Shown: positions 46,701-61,965, numbered from the stretch's first letter. The stretch is DNA of 64,000 bases from Eledone cirrhosa (GCA_964016885.1 OZ024742.1:270630001-270694000); one strand, 5' to 3'. The notes: generated from the letters alone by a model not told the origin. Program-made: numbers and translations.

Positions 46701-47030
46701 AACTTCATTATGCGTTCACTGGTTCTAGAGGGGCACTCTAAATGTTATGCTAGAGTTTCCCGCACTGCAAATCATATTCCATCATCTCGCCGTTCTTCTT
46801 TTCGATTTCCCAGTCCGGAAAAGTGTGAAACCTGATGATGCTTCAGTCAGCTGATCACACACTGATAGACGTTTTTCTGACAAGGGTGCAATATCTATAT
46901 TTAATCACTGGAGTTCCTTTGTTACCGGTGTGGTAATTATTTCTGGTCGGTTCGATGAGTCATGGTCCAGAAGGTTTCTGACATTCTAGCCGCAAATATT
47001 TAGTTTGATTCGATTTTTCATAAATGTTTT
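43790..47030 (-). mobile_element. Degenerate RTE-clade (BovB-like) LINE, near full-length ORF
   Basis: APE remnants (LSVYA, ILGDFNAQVGRD, ICNTF). RT remnants RTTGRIFDLR...IRELLYADD and FGMKINLKKTKVM. C-terminal ERPQKQILYSQL. Many stops. Confidence 0.88.
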
Positions 47031-47395
47031 ACTTTGTAATTCACTTCATCTTTTCCCGCTTGAAAGATTTGCTGTGCGTGACTTCTTCCAAATCTTTACG
47101 CTGCGAGTTGAAATATCGTTGATGTCAATTTTACCTTTCCTACAACCGGGGTAGATACAATGAAGTAAGCTTCTAGGGAAGTGGATTATCAGAAATGTTA
47201 GATATGTACAAACATACACACACACAAACATATATATATATATATATGTATATATATAGAGAGAGAGATAATAAAGTGTCATGGGAGAACACATAGAGTA
47301 AGATTCGTTTGAGAAGCAATTATGTCTCTCCTTCAAAACATTTGAAAAAACAGTCAATAGTCAAATCACAACTAGCTCTATCTACCTAACTACGT

Positions 47396-47480
<85 letters not shown>

Positions 47481-47840
47481 TGTGTGGGTGGGTGGGTGTG
47501 TGTGTGTGTATGTGTGTGTTTGTATATATATATACATATATATGTATATATATATATATAAATAAAAATTATATATAAAACATTTAGAAGACCTTACGCT
47601 ATCAGTTTTAAAGTAGTGACTTTGTCACTTACTTCCTTTTGGCGAAAGAAGGGAGAGAATCTGACAGTCTTTTTCACGCTGGTTGGAGTTCATCTGAACC
47701 ACGCAATCACCTGCTTCCGCCGGACATTATAGAAGCTGGATTGTTATGGAATTCCAGTAATAAACAGGAGCTGGCTGATTATACAGAGTTATTGCCGGTC
47801 CAACAAATATTAGTTATTAGGTTTGGTGCTCTGAAATAAA

Positions 47841-47871
<31 letters not shown>

Positions 47872-47888
47872 CGAATGTTAATAATATA

Positions 47889-48041
47889 ATTCGATTCGTT
47901 TGCAATTATGCAATCAAGCCTCAATTTTGTAGCCATGTCAGTAGAATGAACCCTTCATTCTTGTTCTTGAGTTTGCAAGTTCATTCTATTGACATGGCTC
48001 TAAAATTGAGGCTTGTTTTCATAATTGCAAACGAATCGAAT
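47889..48041. repeat. Inverted repeat with ~63-bp arms and a 27-bp spacer
   Basis: ATTCGATTCGTTTGCAATTATG...AGAATGAAC and its reverse complement, with about 5 mismatches. Confidence 0.85.
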
Positions 48042-48107
48042 GTTTTTATTAATATCGAATAACTCAGATTACATGTATTGTATTCAGCCATGTAGAGCGA
48101 AACATTA

Positions 48108-48153
<46 letters not shown>

Positions 48154-48276
48154 TACGTTTAACCCCGACGGCAGAGCTCAACCCCTTTCGACCGCTATTT
48201 CCTTACCACACCTCCTTCGTTATATATACTGTATACATATATATATATATGTATATATATATATAATATATTATAC

Positions 48277-48343
<67 letters not shown>

Positions 48344-49108
48344 GATATGATATAATATAATATATATAATTATATAATATATTATACATATATATATAAA
48401 TATATATTGTTATATTTGGGGAGGGTCATATTTGCGTAATATTGCCAGAATTAATAACAGAACACACTCACTGTTTGGTTGGTTTTCGCTTCTCGCTGTC
48501 TTTTATATATATATATCTGCGATCTAACTTACTCGGTCCTCAATGTTGCCATTGACTGACCGGTGGTCAAAAATAAAATAATACAGATACAATATAGACA
48601 AACACATATATATATAGTTTACATAAATCTTTCGTTGCACATCTGCAACATCGTCAGTGGTGTTATATTCATTGTTCCTCCTGTTGTGTTGTATGTCTAC
48701 GCCATTTTTTTTGTTCAGTCCGTCTATATATTTATTTATTTGTTTGCTTGTTTGTTTATCTTATTTTATTTTGTCTTCTTTGCGCATGCGTTTGCGTGTG
48801 TGATGTGTGACTAGTGTGTATAGTGTTGTGTCTGCTGGGTGACTAGTGTGTGTTTATGTGCTTGTGTATGTATTTATTTATCTTATTTTATTTAATTTAA
48901 TTTACTTATTTATTTATACTTCTCTTAGGTCAGTGTTGTTTGTTTGGGTGTTGTTGTTGTTCCACTCATTCTTTCTGTTTAGCTTTGGTCTTCTAATTTC
49001 TATTTCACTGGCCTCTCTGATTTGCCTATCTGCTGGGTCATTCCTATGTTTAGATATTATTCTAATTTCTATGTTGTCTATGTTACCGTCATGATGTTGT
49101 CTAGCATC

Positions 49109-49882
49109 CAACACTTCATCAACCGCATGCAGTTCTCTGGCTACAACCAAAGAGACAGAGTCAGAGTATACGAAGGAGCCATGGAAAAGTATAAGACCCT
49201 CATAGAACTGGACATGAAAGGAATTTGCCCACTATACAGGAGCAAATCATGGAATAGCTTAGATAGGGCTAGACATAAGATAGGGAAGGCCACATCATGG
49301 TACGACAACCAGAGATATCAGAGTGTCATGTTTGTGGACGCCACCCCTGGAGGGAAATTAGCTAACCAGTGTAGAAAGGCCCTGAGAAAGACCCACTTAA
49401 AAATAAAGGTGGTAGAAAAGCCAGGAACCACCATAAAATCCCTGATCAGCAAAACCTACCCTTTTAAGAAAACCCACTGTACCAATAGGAAATGTATCAT
49501 ATGTAAGGTGAACCCCCGGATAAACTGTAAAACTAGAAACGTAGTCTATAGCATAAGATGTACAGAGGGTACTTGTAGAAACACGACAACAACATACATA
49601 GGTGAGACAGCTCGTAGCATAGGTGAAAGGATAGACCAACACTGGGGGGAACTAAAAGGACGAAAAAACGGGTCAGTACTATACGAACATGCTAGACAAC
49701 ATCATGACGGTAACATAGACAACATAGAAATTAGAATAATATCTAAACATAGGAATGACCCAGCAGATAGGCAAATCAGAGAGGCCAGTGAAATAGAAAT
49801 TAGAAGACCAAAGCTAAACAGAAAGAATGAGTGGAACAACAACAACACCCAAACAAACAACACTGACCTAAGAGAAGTATAA
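49109..49882 (+). CDS. PLE C-terminus: thumb, linker, Cys cluster and GIY-YIG endonuclease
   Basis: NRMQFSGY, VMFVDATPGG.L, VVEKPG, CxxxxCxxC, NVVYSIRC...YIGETARSIGER, RQIREA, LNRKNEW. The first ~29 aa of the listed ORF come from the inverted arm. Confidence 0.9.
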   Translation, partial: QHFINRMQFSGYNQRDRVRVYEGAMEKYKTLIELDMKGICPLYRSKSWNSLDRARHKIGKATSWYDNQRYQSVMFVDATPGGKLANQCRKALRKTHLKIKVVEKPGTTIKSLISKTYPFKKTHCTNRKCIICKVNPRINCKTRNVVYSIRCTEGTCRNTTTTYIGETARSIGERIDQHWGELKGRKNGSVLYEHARQHHDGNIDNIEIRIISKHRNDPADRQIREASEIEIRRPKLNRKNEWNNNNTQTNNTDLREV

Positions 49883-50133
49883 ATAAATAAGTAAATTAAA
49901 TTAAATAAAATAAGATAAATAAATACATACACAAGCACATAAACACACACTAGTCACCCAGCAGACACAACACTATACACACTAGTCACACATCACACAC
50001 GCAAACGCATGCGCAAAGAAGACAAAATAAAATAAGATAAACAAACAAGCAAACAAATAAATAAATATATAGACGGACTGAACAAAAAAAATGGCGTAGA
50101 CATACAACACAACAGGAGGAACAATGAATATAA

Positions 50134-50175
50134 CACCACTGACGATGTTGCAGATGTGCAACGAAAGATTTATGT
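50134..50175 (+). ncRNA. Hammerhead-like motif in the PLE 3' pLTR (mirror copy at 48621-48662, minus strand)
   Basis: cacca-CTGACGA-t-GTTGCA gatg TGCAAC-GAAAG-at-TTA-tg. Stem II is strong and stem I is weak. Confidence 0.55.
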
Positions 50176-50433
50176 AAACTATATATATATGTGTTTGTCT
50201 ATATTGTATGTGTATTATTTTATTTTTGACCACCGGTCAGTCAATGGCAACATTGAGGACCGAGTAAGTTAGATCGCAGATATATATATATAAAAGACAG
50301 CGAGAAGCGAAAACCAACCAAACAGTGAGTGTGTTCTGTTATTAATTCTGGCAATATTACGCAAATATGACCCTCCCCAAATATAACAATATCTGTTTCG
50401 ACACACGATTTCATATAAAAAACCTCGCAAAAC

Positions 50434-50476
<43 letters not shown>

Positions 50477-50586
50477 ATGATATAATATAATATATATAAT
50501 ATAATATTACATCAAGATAGACCATACGGAATTACAAGTTCTATCCAGTGGTGAACTAATAAATAAATATATATAGATGTATGTGT

Positions 50587-50666
<80 letters not shown>

Positions 50667-51557
50667 GTGTGTGTGAGTGTGTGTGTGTGTATCAAACTCT
50701 AGGTTGAAACTAAGAACAGTAAAACCCCCAAATTCCACGCATATTATTGCAAACCCAAGACCACCATGTACTTGGTCCACTGAAAGTCCTCTATGTCAGA
50801 TATTAGTTAATTCAATATCTAGATAGCCGCCCTTGTAAGAGGTATTAGAAACGTCCGACGTGCGCTTTCCGACAGAATTGAAAAGATAAATACAACACTT
50901 CATTCCCTGCATGCAGTCTCGTGTTACAACCAGGGTATTCAATGAGCAATTGCTAAATTGAGAAACATGCTACTACCAAGAGGCGAACTAGTGTATATTG
51001 AAGTATGGTGAGATTAATAATATCAATGATAACTATGATGATAGCAATAATATTAAGCTTAACAGCAACACGAATATACGCCCCATTAGAATGAATTTTA
51101 TTTGGAGGAATCCAAATATTTGCCCACTTGGTGGTGAATGCGTTAAGAGAAAATGTCATATATAAATGTAAGGTGGTAAGTAAGGATAAACGTTTCACTA
51201 AATTGGCTCCCCAGCCAATCATTTCTAAACTAGATTTTACGCCCATACTTCACTGGCATAATTAATAATGGACCCTAAAAGTAGCTAATGTAAGATACAA
51301 TATAAGCTGGACTCTGATTAATACAGCAATCACCTGTGCGGGAAATAGATCTTAATGTAACGTTTGCCTAATAGAGGCATATAAAATGCTGACCTCCAAT
51401 TTTGACTTACTAAATGCAAAGTGCGAGTTAATTCCGTATTGTCAATATAGAAAAAATTCTCCTTTTATTATAAAATTAAGGAATCTGATTACAGTATAAT
51501 ATTACCCTTAGAGGTCTACTTTAAATAATTATAATTATGAGTCAATACTTTCATGCA

Positions 51558-51644
<87 letters not shown>

Positions 51645-51649
<5 letters not shown>

Positions 51650-51713
51650 TCTACTTTTGGCACAAGGCCAGCAATTACCCAGTACATTACTGGCACTTTA
51701 TTTTATCGACCCC

Positions 51714-51714
<1 letters not shown>
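51645..51714 (-). mobile_element. SINE 3' fragment between (TA)n tracts
   Basis: Reverse complement of CGGGGTCGATAAAATAAAGT...GTAGAAACAAT. Confidence 0.8.
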
Positions 51715-51800
<86 letters not shown>

Positions 51801-52927
51801 AACTATTCTAGTTCACGTTTAATTAATTGGTTAGAGTATTACTGTTTGATAGATCTGTATAATAGTACATACTCATGCACATCTGCATGTGTCTGTATGC
51901 ACATACATATATATTCTGGATTATATGAGGGTGTTTGTGTATATATGTATGTGTGTGTATGTGTGAATGTGTATATGTAGGCAAATGTTGGGGGAGGTAC
52001 CAACTTCAAATTTACCTGTTCTCTAAATAATTGCTAAAGTATGAGGATCGATTCTGGAGTAATATGTTTGAGAAGTTTCAATCATTCAAATAAGCTGTCA
52101 TGTTCTTATTACATTAGATATTTTATATATACATATCTCTTTCTCTATGTGCATATATATATATTGACTGATATGTGCGTGAATATATGTATGTGTATAT
52201 AGGTGTCTGCACACATATGTGGATATGTATGTGTTGATGTATGTATTTGTACATTTTAGCATTTATCTGGATGTACCTAGTATCTAATGCGTTAGGTTCG
52301 ATGGTTTGTACAGGATTTGTTATCTAATTCTTAGTTCGAACTGCATACAGATGTATTGTACTGTGTATATTAGTATGGGTGTGGGTGGGCGTGCGTATAA
52401 TTGAATAAGTTAAATTGCTCCTCGATCCAGAAAATGTTAGCTTTTATACACAATGTATTGCTTTTGAGTACATCACTATTTTTATGTATAAGTATTCTTT
52501 CTTGGGTCAATACGAAATACTTGTCAAGATATATATATATGTTGAAATCTATTTCCTATTATGACAGTGTGTTTATTTAAAATGTAAATAAAACGTTTTC
52601 TGATAGGGAGTTGTTAATCGGGCTGAATCTGTGGCGATATTTATATATTATTTAAGTCCAACTAGACATTTTATATGAAACATATGTAAATTAAATTATC
52701 ATATAATTAACAGTATTTGGGTATATATTGCAAGTAACATTCCATCTACGTGTGGATATACTTGCACATTAGGAATTCATATATATTTTTTTATTAATTT
52801 TATGTATCATTGTGTACAGTTTATTGTAATAAATATCGTATTTTGAGCTGATGTACCTGCATCTTCCCTGTCTTGAAAACTAATTTCTATATATATATAT
52901 CTATGTACCTTTTCTGCAGAAATACTT

Positions 52928-53041
<114 letters not shown>

Positions 53042-53061
53042 TATTTATATACATTTATATG

Positions 53062-53113
<52 letters not shown>

Positions 53114-53649
53114 AGTGTATATATATATATATATGTATATATATGTATATCTCTCTCTAAATACACATATTTATGTATGTGTGGGTGCGTGAATGTGCAT
53201 GCGTGTGTGTAGGTATATGTAAAATAAAGAAGAAAGAAATGAAATCATATCAGCTTAAACTCTGAAGGATCACATGTGTTAATGGAGTTGTAGCTCCCAA
53301 ATAACTGCAAAGTTATGATCAAAGGCATTCCTGCTTTTATTTCTAAGAGGTCAAGCCTGAAACATCGCCCTGTCCATTATGTTACACTCCCACTCCCAAT
53401 GATTTAGGTTTCTTCTCAACTCCACCTTTAGCTCTTATTTTCTATTACTGTATAAATGTGAGAACATGTAGGAGGTGTGATTTAAGGATAATAGAGAAGT
53501 GAGGTCAACGTAGAAGTGAAAAATAGAAGAATACAGATTTCTAAATATAGAAATTATTGGTAGAAAACTATTGAAATCTTGTATAGTAGAAAGTTGTGGG
53601 TGAGGTGCACGTATAAATGAATATCCGATAGTTACTGCTGCTTCTATTC

Positions 53650-53880
53650 AAATATAATCAACAGTGAGCTGCCAACTTTACTTTCTAAGATGTCTTTTGT
53701 TCCGGGAGTTTCTATTATTGTTGTCATCTACAAAACTGTTGACTGAACATCAATAAGAGGTTGGATGTGGGCTGTTGAACACAACAGACGATAGAATACT
53801 GTACTCAATCCACTACTGTTGTTGTGTATCCTCTATCTGTGATTCGATCTCAAAGCACGATATTATCGACTTTTTCTCCT
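53650..53880 (-). pseudogene. Very old LINE RT relic
   Basis: The minus strand gives KVDNIVL, then SILSSVV, then SFVDDN in the RT order, with indels. Confidence 0.35.
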
Positions 53881-54455
53881 CATATATACATTGCTGATAA
53901 TACATCATTTAAAATAATACAAAACTTCTCTATAAACTAGCATTAATCTACCGGTTTTTCTTTCGATAATAAGGGAGGAGTCAGCCCATATTGAGATAAT
54001 ATTATATTTAAGTCTTTTCAGTAGGTGTTCCTTTCATACAAAACAAACGGTTGTGAAAGACTCATTCTATCATATATAAACATACAGTGCAGATATTTAC
54101 ATTATGGAATTCGTTTCTCGCTTAAAGACGAATGGTGATCAGAAGACAATTTCTAGCAACTGGGGTGTTCATGTAGTGTCTTGTTATGTGTCATAAATAA
54201 TCAGTTTTAATTTCGTTGATGTTATATAGAAATAAGCCATGTTCGAGAAGATATACTACTAAATCCGTCTTAACCGTTAATATATCGTAATATTTTTCGG
54301 AGTATAATTTGCCTGGGCTCATATTGAACGTATACACTCTACAATTGTTTCTGGTAATCGAAAATGAATTAGTACATTGTATCAAAGCTTTGGCTTTGTA
54401 CACCTTTGCAGTTAGGAATACCCAGCTTTATTTCAGCGGAAATGGTAGCAGCTAT

Positions 54456-54561
<106 letters not shown>

Positions 54562-55755
54562 TATATATAAAGAGAGAGAGAGGGTATGGGGGCTACACCA
54601 GTACTGGACCGGTTTCTTCTTCACCGTATCCAAATTAATGAAATTCCAAGTGTGTAGAGAGTCAAAACAAATCACGTAATATTCTACCCATAGCACTAAA
54701 AGATCTGCTCAATTTTATATACATCTTGCTAAGTTAATAGATGATGATTTTAGGATAGTGAGGCTGTCACTTATTGAATATCAGCTGAACACGTAAAAAA
54801 CAACCATTTTTGCTCATGAATGGCCTATAATTTACACCATCAACTTTAATGCCTATAACACTTTTCTGATACAATGCCACGGAAATCAATATTTACATTG
54901 TAACCTGCAATCCTAAACTTGATGAATCCAAATCAAATGGCTTCTTATGGACTGGTCACAAGAGGTTCTTAGCTTATGAGTAATAAAGCAATGCGATGTA
55001 CACATTTTTCTGCTCTGCATTACAGTTTCACAGGAATATATTTAGTTATTATCTCGTGTTCTACGGATATCTTTCTGGATTTTGTCTCATGTAAAATGAA
55101 TAAGCGTCAATTTTGAAAGGAAGACCGAAATTGGACTTAAGTTGTAAGGAACGTAGATTCAAGCAATTATTTTATTCATACGTTAGAAAGTGTGTGTCTG
55201 TTTGTCATTCGGTGGAAAGTGACATGTCTATCAATTTATAAATGTCCTCTGATCTCCTGTACTGTTCCGATTGACGGATTTGATATTCAGGCTAAACACA
55301 TACTGCTCAATGCTTTCCGGAATTAAGTTTTGATGAGTTTTGTTTAATGGGCTTAGTAGAAAAGAATTGGCAAATCCCGAGACACTTTTCAGCACCTTTC
55401 AAACAGTTGGTAGGAAAGATCATATGTGATCAGATCGCAAACTGGACGCAAAATTCTACAAGAAAGTGACGCATTCTAGTGTACTCGTGTTTCAATTAAG
55501 CGCTAACAAATTAAGATGAACGGATTTGTCACAATGACATTCGAAGTCTACCAATTGTCGCTTGCATTACATAAATGAGGAGGTTATTTGAACTGATACA
55601 CAGCAACATTGACAAATTCAACATCCGCATATGAATGATGACATGTAGGGAATATAATAAGATATCAGCAATTACATGTGATAAATGTGCCATATTAAGC
55701 CTGCCACTGAAATGATAATTCCTTAAATCCATACCGATATTTATATGTATATTCA

Positions 55756-55959
<204 letters not shown>

Positions 55960-57344
55960 AGATAGCGAGAGGGGAGAGAGAGAGAAGGAGATACAGATAT
56001 ACATACATACACATAAACACGATTGCCTATATATATATATCTTTCATGTCCCACCAACAATATGTATGTGCATTTGTGTTGGTGAGCGAATATATAATTC
56101 ATGTGTGCGCATTGGTACATGCATGTCTTTAAATCCGAAGTAATATAATACGCATAAGCATCCTCACATCCTCACTTGAGGTGAAAGGAAATGATAAACC
56201 TATGTATTCGCCTGATCCACAGTGATAGCTAGGTTCAAATATAGTTTCCTATCGATACACGGAGGAAATAGAATTTAACTTTTGAGCTATATATCTGAAA
56301 TGTGGAACGCGCTAGAAATAGAAATGCTTAATGCCTTATATTAATATTATATGGACGGAATATGTTATCACTAATCTACCTGCTGCTACGGAAACAAGAT
56401 TAATGCAGTAGCTGGTCATATGGGTTATTCTAGTTCAGCAAAGGCTTCACAATTTCTATTTGTACGTGCATTCATTTATAGTTTATTTCTCGTACCCACA
56501 TAGGTCATGTATATACAGTTAAAACAAATTACAATTTTCTGTTTTCATTTATGCATCATATATATCATGACAGAAACAAGAAAAAGGTAGAGTGCAGACC
56601 GGGGATATATTCGGCAATTGTATATGTTTACATGTCTATGTAATTATCTATCTGTTGATAGTATTGCATATTCGCACTTCAGCCTGCTCAATTGCGATTC
56701 AACGGCCATCTTCACACCTTTGCACTGACAAAAGAACAAACAAACAAGCATAAACGCACATGCATGCTCACACACACATACTCACACATACACTCACACA
56801 CACATTTTCTACTCAAAATATGTAACGATTATCTCCCTTTCTAAACTCATCTTTTACCTAAGACACACTGAACTGCTTTCTTCAAAATGGCTAAATGTAT
56901 ACACACTTGCTCTTTCTTATTTTTGTTCCGTCCCTTTCTCTTCTGACTTTCTGACTTTCTATTTCATCTGTGGGTGTATGTTAATGCAATGATGTTCCGC
57001 AACATCTGCATACATTGAAGTTGGTTGAGGGCAACGTCCTCTCTGTAATTCTGAATTGTGCAACCTGTGAATCCTTGAACACCATCGTTACACTTAACTT
57101 TACTTGAATGAATCCATTCACCACAAATAAAAGAGTCCACATTCAGGCAAGTTTGGCTGATTTTTCTTCGTTTTTGTTTTTTTTCATATCTCTCCCACCC
57201 TTGATATGAACAAAATCATACAAAATGAACAGCCATGCTTCAAATTTCCCTCGAGGTCCTGGTTATTTGATTCACTTTAGCCATTCATCTCCAGCTGCAT
57301 ACATACACACGCACATATATATGTGTGAGTGTGTGTGTGTTTCG

Positions 57345-57411
<67 letters not shown>

Positions 57412-57901
57412 TGTGTGTATATATATATGTATATAGGCATGTACACTCACGCACACGTATATATATAGAAGCAAGTATTGCACCAAGACAAATAAAACGT
57501 CGGCGTGAAGGAGATTAGGAATTAATTTGCTTTAATATATGTTTTTCTGTCTATTATAATAATCTACATATGCTGAATACAGTATATATTGTGGTCAGCA
57601 TATGTAGACAATTATAATGGATACAGAAATATATGTTAAAGCAAATACATTCCTAGTCTTCTTCACAGCGACGTTGTATTTCTCTTGTTGCAATACTTGT
57701 TTATATTAATATACTCCGTGATCTCTTCTGTACAACTATACCATATTCCCCTGCTTGGATATTTATGCTATACGATTCAAATGATTCCGTCGTGTCAACC
57801 TCTCTGGTAAGCAGCTTTTTTGTTTAAGCATTCATCCTGATATTCCTGATATACATAAACAAAACCGTATGTACCCCTCCTCTTATCATATACACACACA
57901 T

Positions 57902-57975
<74 letters not shown>

Positions 57976-58096
57976 CGAAGGAAAAGTGGTAAGGAACCAG
58001 GTGGACCATAACGCACCAAAGTACTCAATACTTAGGGTAGTACAGAATTAGCTGTCGAAACGGCTTGAGCTCAGCCGTCGGGGTCTTACTTACTCC

Positions 58097-58170
<74 letters not shown>

Positions 58171-58179
58171 CGTGTGTGT

Positions 58180-58672
58180 AAAGGGTAAACAGAAATAACA
58201 AGACAATCGGTACAGTATATGGAAGGAATATATTAGGTTAACGATTGAATAGCAGGAAGGGGGTCTTAAAGTTTCGGACGCTATTCCTTTATCAGGAGAA
58301 AGAATGAGAAATAAGATAGATTGAAGAGAACGTCGGGGTGGAATTGAAAATAAGTCTTTAGATAAAAATAACAGGTCCATTCATGTTGACATCTCTGGGA
58401 AAACTGTTGATTCTGGCGCTTTGTGTCTGATATATTTGTTTACAAAAGTGGCTGATGGAGCGCATCTGCCTGAAATGGAAAAAAAAAACGTTTTCAATAA
58501 AGAGCTATACTTGTGCGCATGCGTATGCGCGTACGCGTGTGTTTATTATACGTCCGTATGAAGAAGATATGTGTGTGTATTTGTAAGGAAAGGAGTTTAT
58601 GTGTTCTTGTAAGTACGAAGCTATGAGCAACTGTATGTTAATACAAGTGACTGTGTGTGCGTGTGCGTGTGT

Positions 58673-58752
<80 letters not shown>

Positions 58753-60000
58753 CTGTCTGTGTGACTGTCTGTGTATAAAGAGCTGTGAAGGGAAAAGTGG
58801 AGTGTGCATATTTTGTTGGTTTGTATTAGTTGTAAGTGTATATGTTTCTGATTATAAGAGAGCCATAAGCATTCAGGGCTGAATGTACAAGCACGTGTGT
58901 GATAACGGACGGGTATTAAATAAATTGCAGAGGTCATTTGAGTCCATAGAGGAAAGAGGACCCAAGACGGTAAATCAGACTTTGTTCAGTGCTGGGGCGC
59001 GAGGCTTCCGATCTGTGACGTAAAATGACAGCCAATACTAAGACATAGAGGAAAGATTAACCAGGAGAACGGAAATAACGGATGACGAGTGTATCCAAAC
59101 CGAGTCGTATATCCCTCAAATGCTCAGCAAAATGATCTGCCAAACAGCGTCACCTTTGTCCGATGTATAAGGACGCGCAAAGGGAACACCGGAAGTCATA
59201 GAAAACGTGGGTGGAGGTGCACCTGAAGGAGTGGTGGATACGGAACCCCCCGTTAGAACCTGTGAGAGTGGTGAGAGTGGAAATGAAAGCACAATTGTTT
59301 CAGCGGGGCCGAGTACAAGGATGAGAGCCGTCAGGAGTCGTAGGAGAGGACCAGAAGTAACTACGTACCAGGATGTCGCGGAGGTTACGGGCGCGCATAA
59401 ATGTGGTAATAGGTGGGTTAGGAGAAAAACGAGAAGTGACGGGTTCAGCAGAGAGGGTGCGGATGGAACGGAAGATATGTTGCCGGAGCGGTAGAGTGAT
59501 GAAGTTTTAGATGAGCGGGAAAGGAAGGTTTGTGTTGGGAGGGCGCTGGTGAGGTGAGGGGACTGTGGTATGGTCGGCTTCACGGGCGCGGGTGAGAGCA
59601 ACTTGGATCAGGATGGTGGGATACCGACGTTGGATGAAGCGAGAATCCATGTGAAGGGGATGGTTTTCGAAATCGTCGTCCTGGCCACAGAGACGACGAA
59701 AACGGAGGTATTTGGAATATGGTATGGAGTGTTTGGTGTGGGTCAGTTGGAGGGAGCTGAAGTCTAAGTAAGAGTGGGAGTCTGTCGGTTTATAGAAGAA
59801 TGGAAGTTGAGAGGGTGTATGAGAATGATTTATAGATAGAGAGATCTCGAGAACAGGGTCAGAATATTCAGGAACGGAGGCGGTGAAGGTGAGAACGATA
59901 TGGAAAGATGGGACAACAAATTGAAAGCAGTCGATAGAGAGGTGATAGAGAGGTGGCGCTGGTACAATTGTCTCTGTAACGACTGTATAGGTCAACAGAA
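58180..60000 (-). mobile_element. Degenerate Neptune-like PLE 3' portion and pLTR
   Basis: FYKPTDSHSYLDFSS...KHSIPYSKYLRFRRLC and VFYDFRCSLCASLYIGQR*RCLADHFAEH (GIY-YIG). Decayed HHR CTGATAA-aGGA..TCC-GAAAC at ~58266-58302. Other repeats interrupt the span. Confidence 0.75.
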
Positions 60001-61927
60001 GGTCCAGCGTACTTGCAGAAGATTATTTATAATTATGTATAGAGAGAGACACGAAAAGTATAGACACTTGTCATAGTTTTAGTTCTGTCAAATATTGCTT
60101 GAAATCGGTGTGCACAGGAGACATTTCCAGAGACCTCTGTTTTAGTTGATTTACTAGTATGAATGATGTATTCTCCAAAAATTAGACAATTCTGCACCTA
60201 TTGAAAATTGCAAATACAATAGGTAAATTATAAATTGTCTTTGGCTATCGAAGATGCACTACAGTTTGATGTACCTCTTTCGAAATATATTGTGTACCAT
60301 TCTCTAATTACCTTTAATTTACTTAATTGCTAGTATCGTTTCTTATTAGTTACATCTCTTGAAATGAGGGATGCTGCAGGAAAGTTTCTCCCATGGCACA
60401 ATAAATATGACACATTATATAATATAGACAATGTTACACAATATATGAAACTCAAAGAAAGTATAGGCAAGATTGGAACACCTTGAAACATATATATGCA
60501 CTAAATAAGAACACATACTCGCAATGAGTCTATTTATTAAACATTAAATGCATTACTACGCTTGAGTCATATTAATATGAAATTATATATTGTATATGCT
60601 TGGCTGCTATTTATGTGCACTGTTCTAAATTAATGCTTATTCAATATAAAATCTGCCAGTGAAATAACTCTTGGTGGTCAGGTAATTTCGACCAAAGAGA
60701 AACATCAAAATGTATTATAAATTGATTCAATGTTTTCAATGAGATGTAACGACAGGCGAACACGGAAATTAGAAATTAACGATCAGCATTTTTAATATAA
60801 ATGATATTATACATTAAATGCAGTTAATGGATTGCGAATAATACATCTGTACATTAACATATATATCAAATCTAAATCTCGTTACCACAAACTCCATTAT
60901 CTCGGTCTATTATTTTACTCTTTAAACCAAAAGAAGAAAGCATCTTTAAAAAGTGTACTTCAAAAGAGCGATTCTGTGACTGACAGCATATATATCATAA
61001 GATTACTGCTTTTAAACAAAATATTGAAAATGTAAATAGAAAATATTCACAAATTTTCTTTACCAGAATCGAAACAAAATAGTTCATATATTTTACACTG
61101 GACAATGCACAGAGACACACACACACACACCCACAAACACATAAACACACACACACATCCCCGTACACACACTCACACACAGATACATATATGTATATAT
61201 TTTTTATGGAATAAGCTTAATCATCGTTGCCCAATAACAACATGAATTTATACAATTGGATTCGACCAATCATGGATAATTGGAAATAATTCATTGTCCA
61301 ATATGGTCAAATGTTATTCCAACTTTGACAGGAATCGATTGACAACGTGTAAAAATATGCCTGAGAATAAAAACATCTAATAACATGGCACAGTTCATTC
61401 ATTTAGACGGTATATTTTCGGAAATAATTCTATTTCATTCAAAAGATTTCAATTTCGTTAGCGATTTAAAGAACAGAAACAATAATTAGTATCAAGTCGG
61501 CTGACTACTTCAGAAAACTTACACGCCTGAAAGAGCTAATGAGATCAGGATTCAGGCAACAATTTCGAAACATTGCCTCAGGTAGCCAGGCCCCCTTCAC
61601 GACATGAGTAGCATGAGGCTGCCGGGTAAAATCCTCTATAGCTATAACAGCAGCGGCAAGAGGTAACACATACTATGATACAAAGATTCATTAAAACAGA
61701 CCAAGAAAAGCACCCATATCGACCCTCAGTCCAGAGAAAGACATAAAAGCTAGGCATGACGTTTTCAAAACCAATGCAGAACACTTTGAAGAAAATCGCC
61801 TGAGAACTAAAGAGGATGAAAATGAGCATGATATGTCGAGACAGTTTTTTGCTATTAGAGGCGCTTTAATATGAGAACAATCTGAAGGAAAACGGTATGC
61901 GGTAAGGAGGAAGAGTCGATGATAACG

Positions 61928-61965
<38 letters not shown>

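Larger units (their letters stand above)
48404..50437 (+). mobile_element. 5'-truncated Penelope-like element (Naiad-like) with a ~704-bp near-perfect inverted 3' copy
   Basis: 48404-49107 is the reverse complement of 49689-50392 (one mismatch seen). The unique core is 49108-49688. Confidence 0.92.

Noticed and set aside
49109-49882. Selenocysteine recoding in the Naiad-like ORF
   Set aside because: There is no in-frame TGA in the visible fragment, the Cys-cluster positions are ordinary Cys codons, and I could not identify a SECIS.
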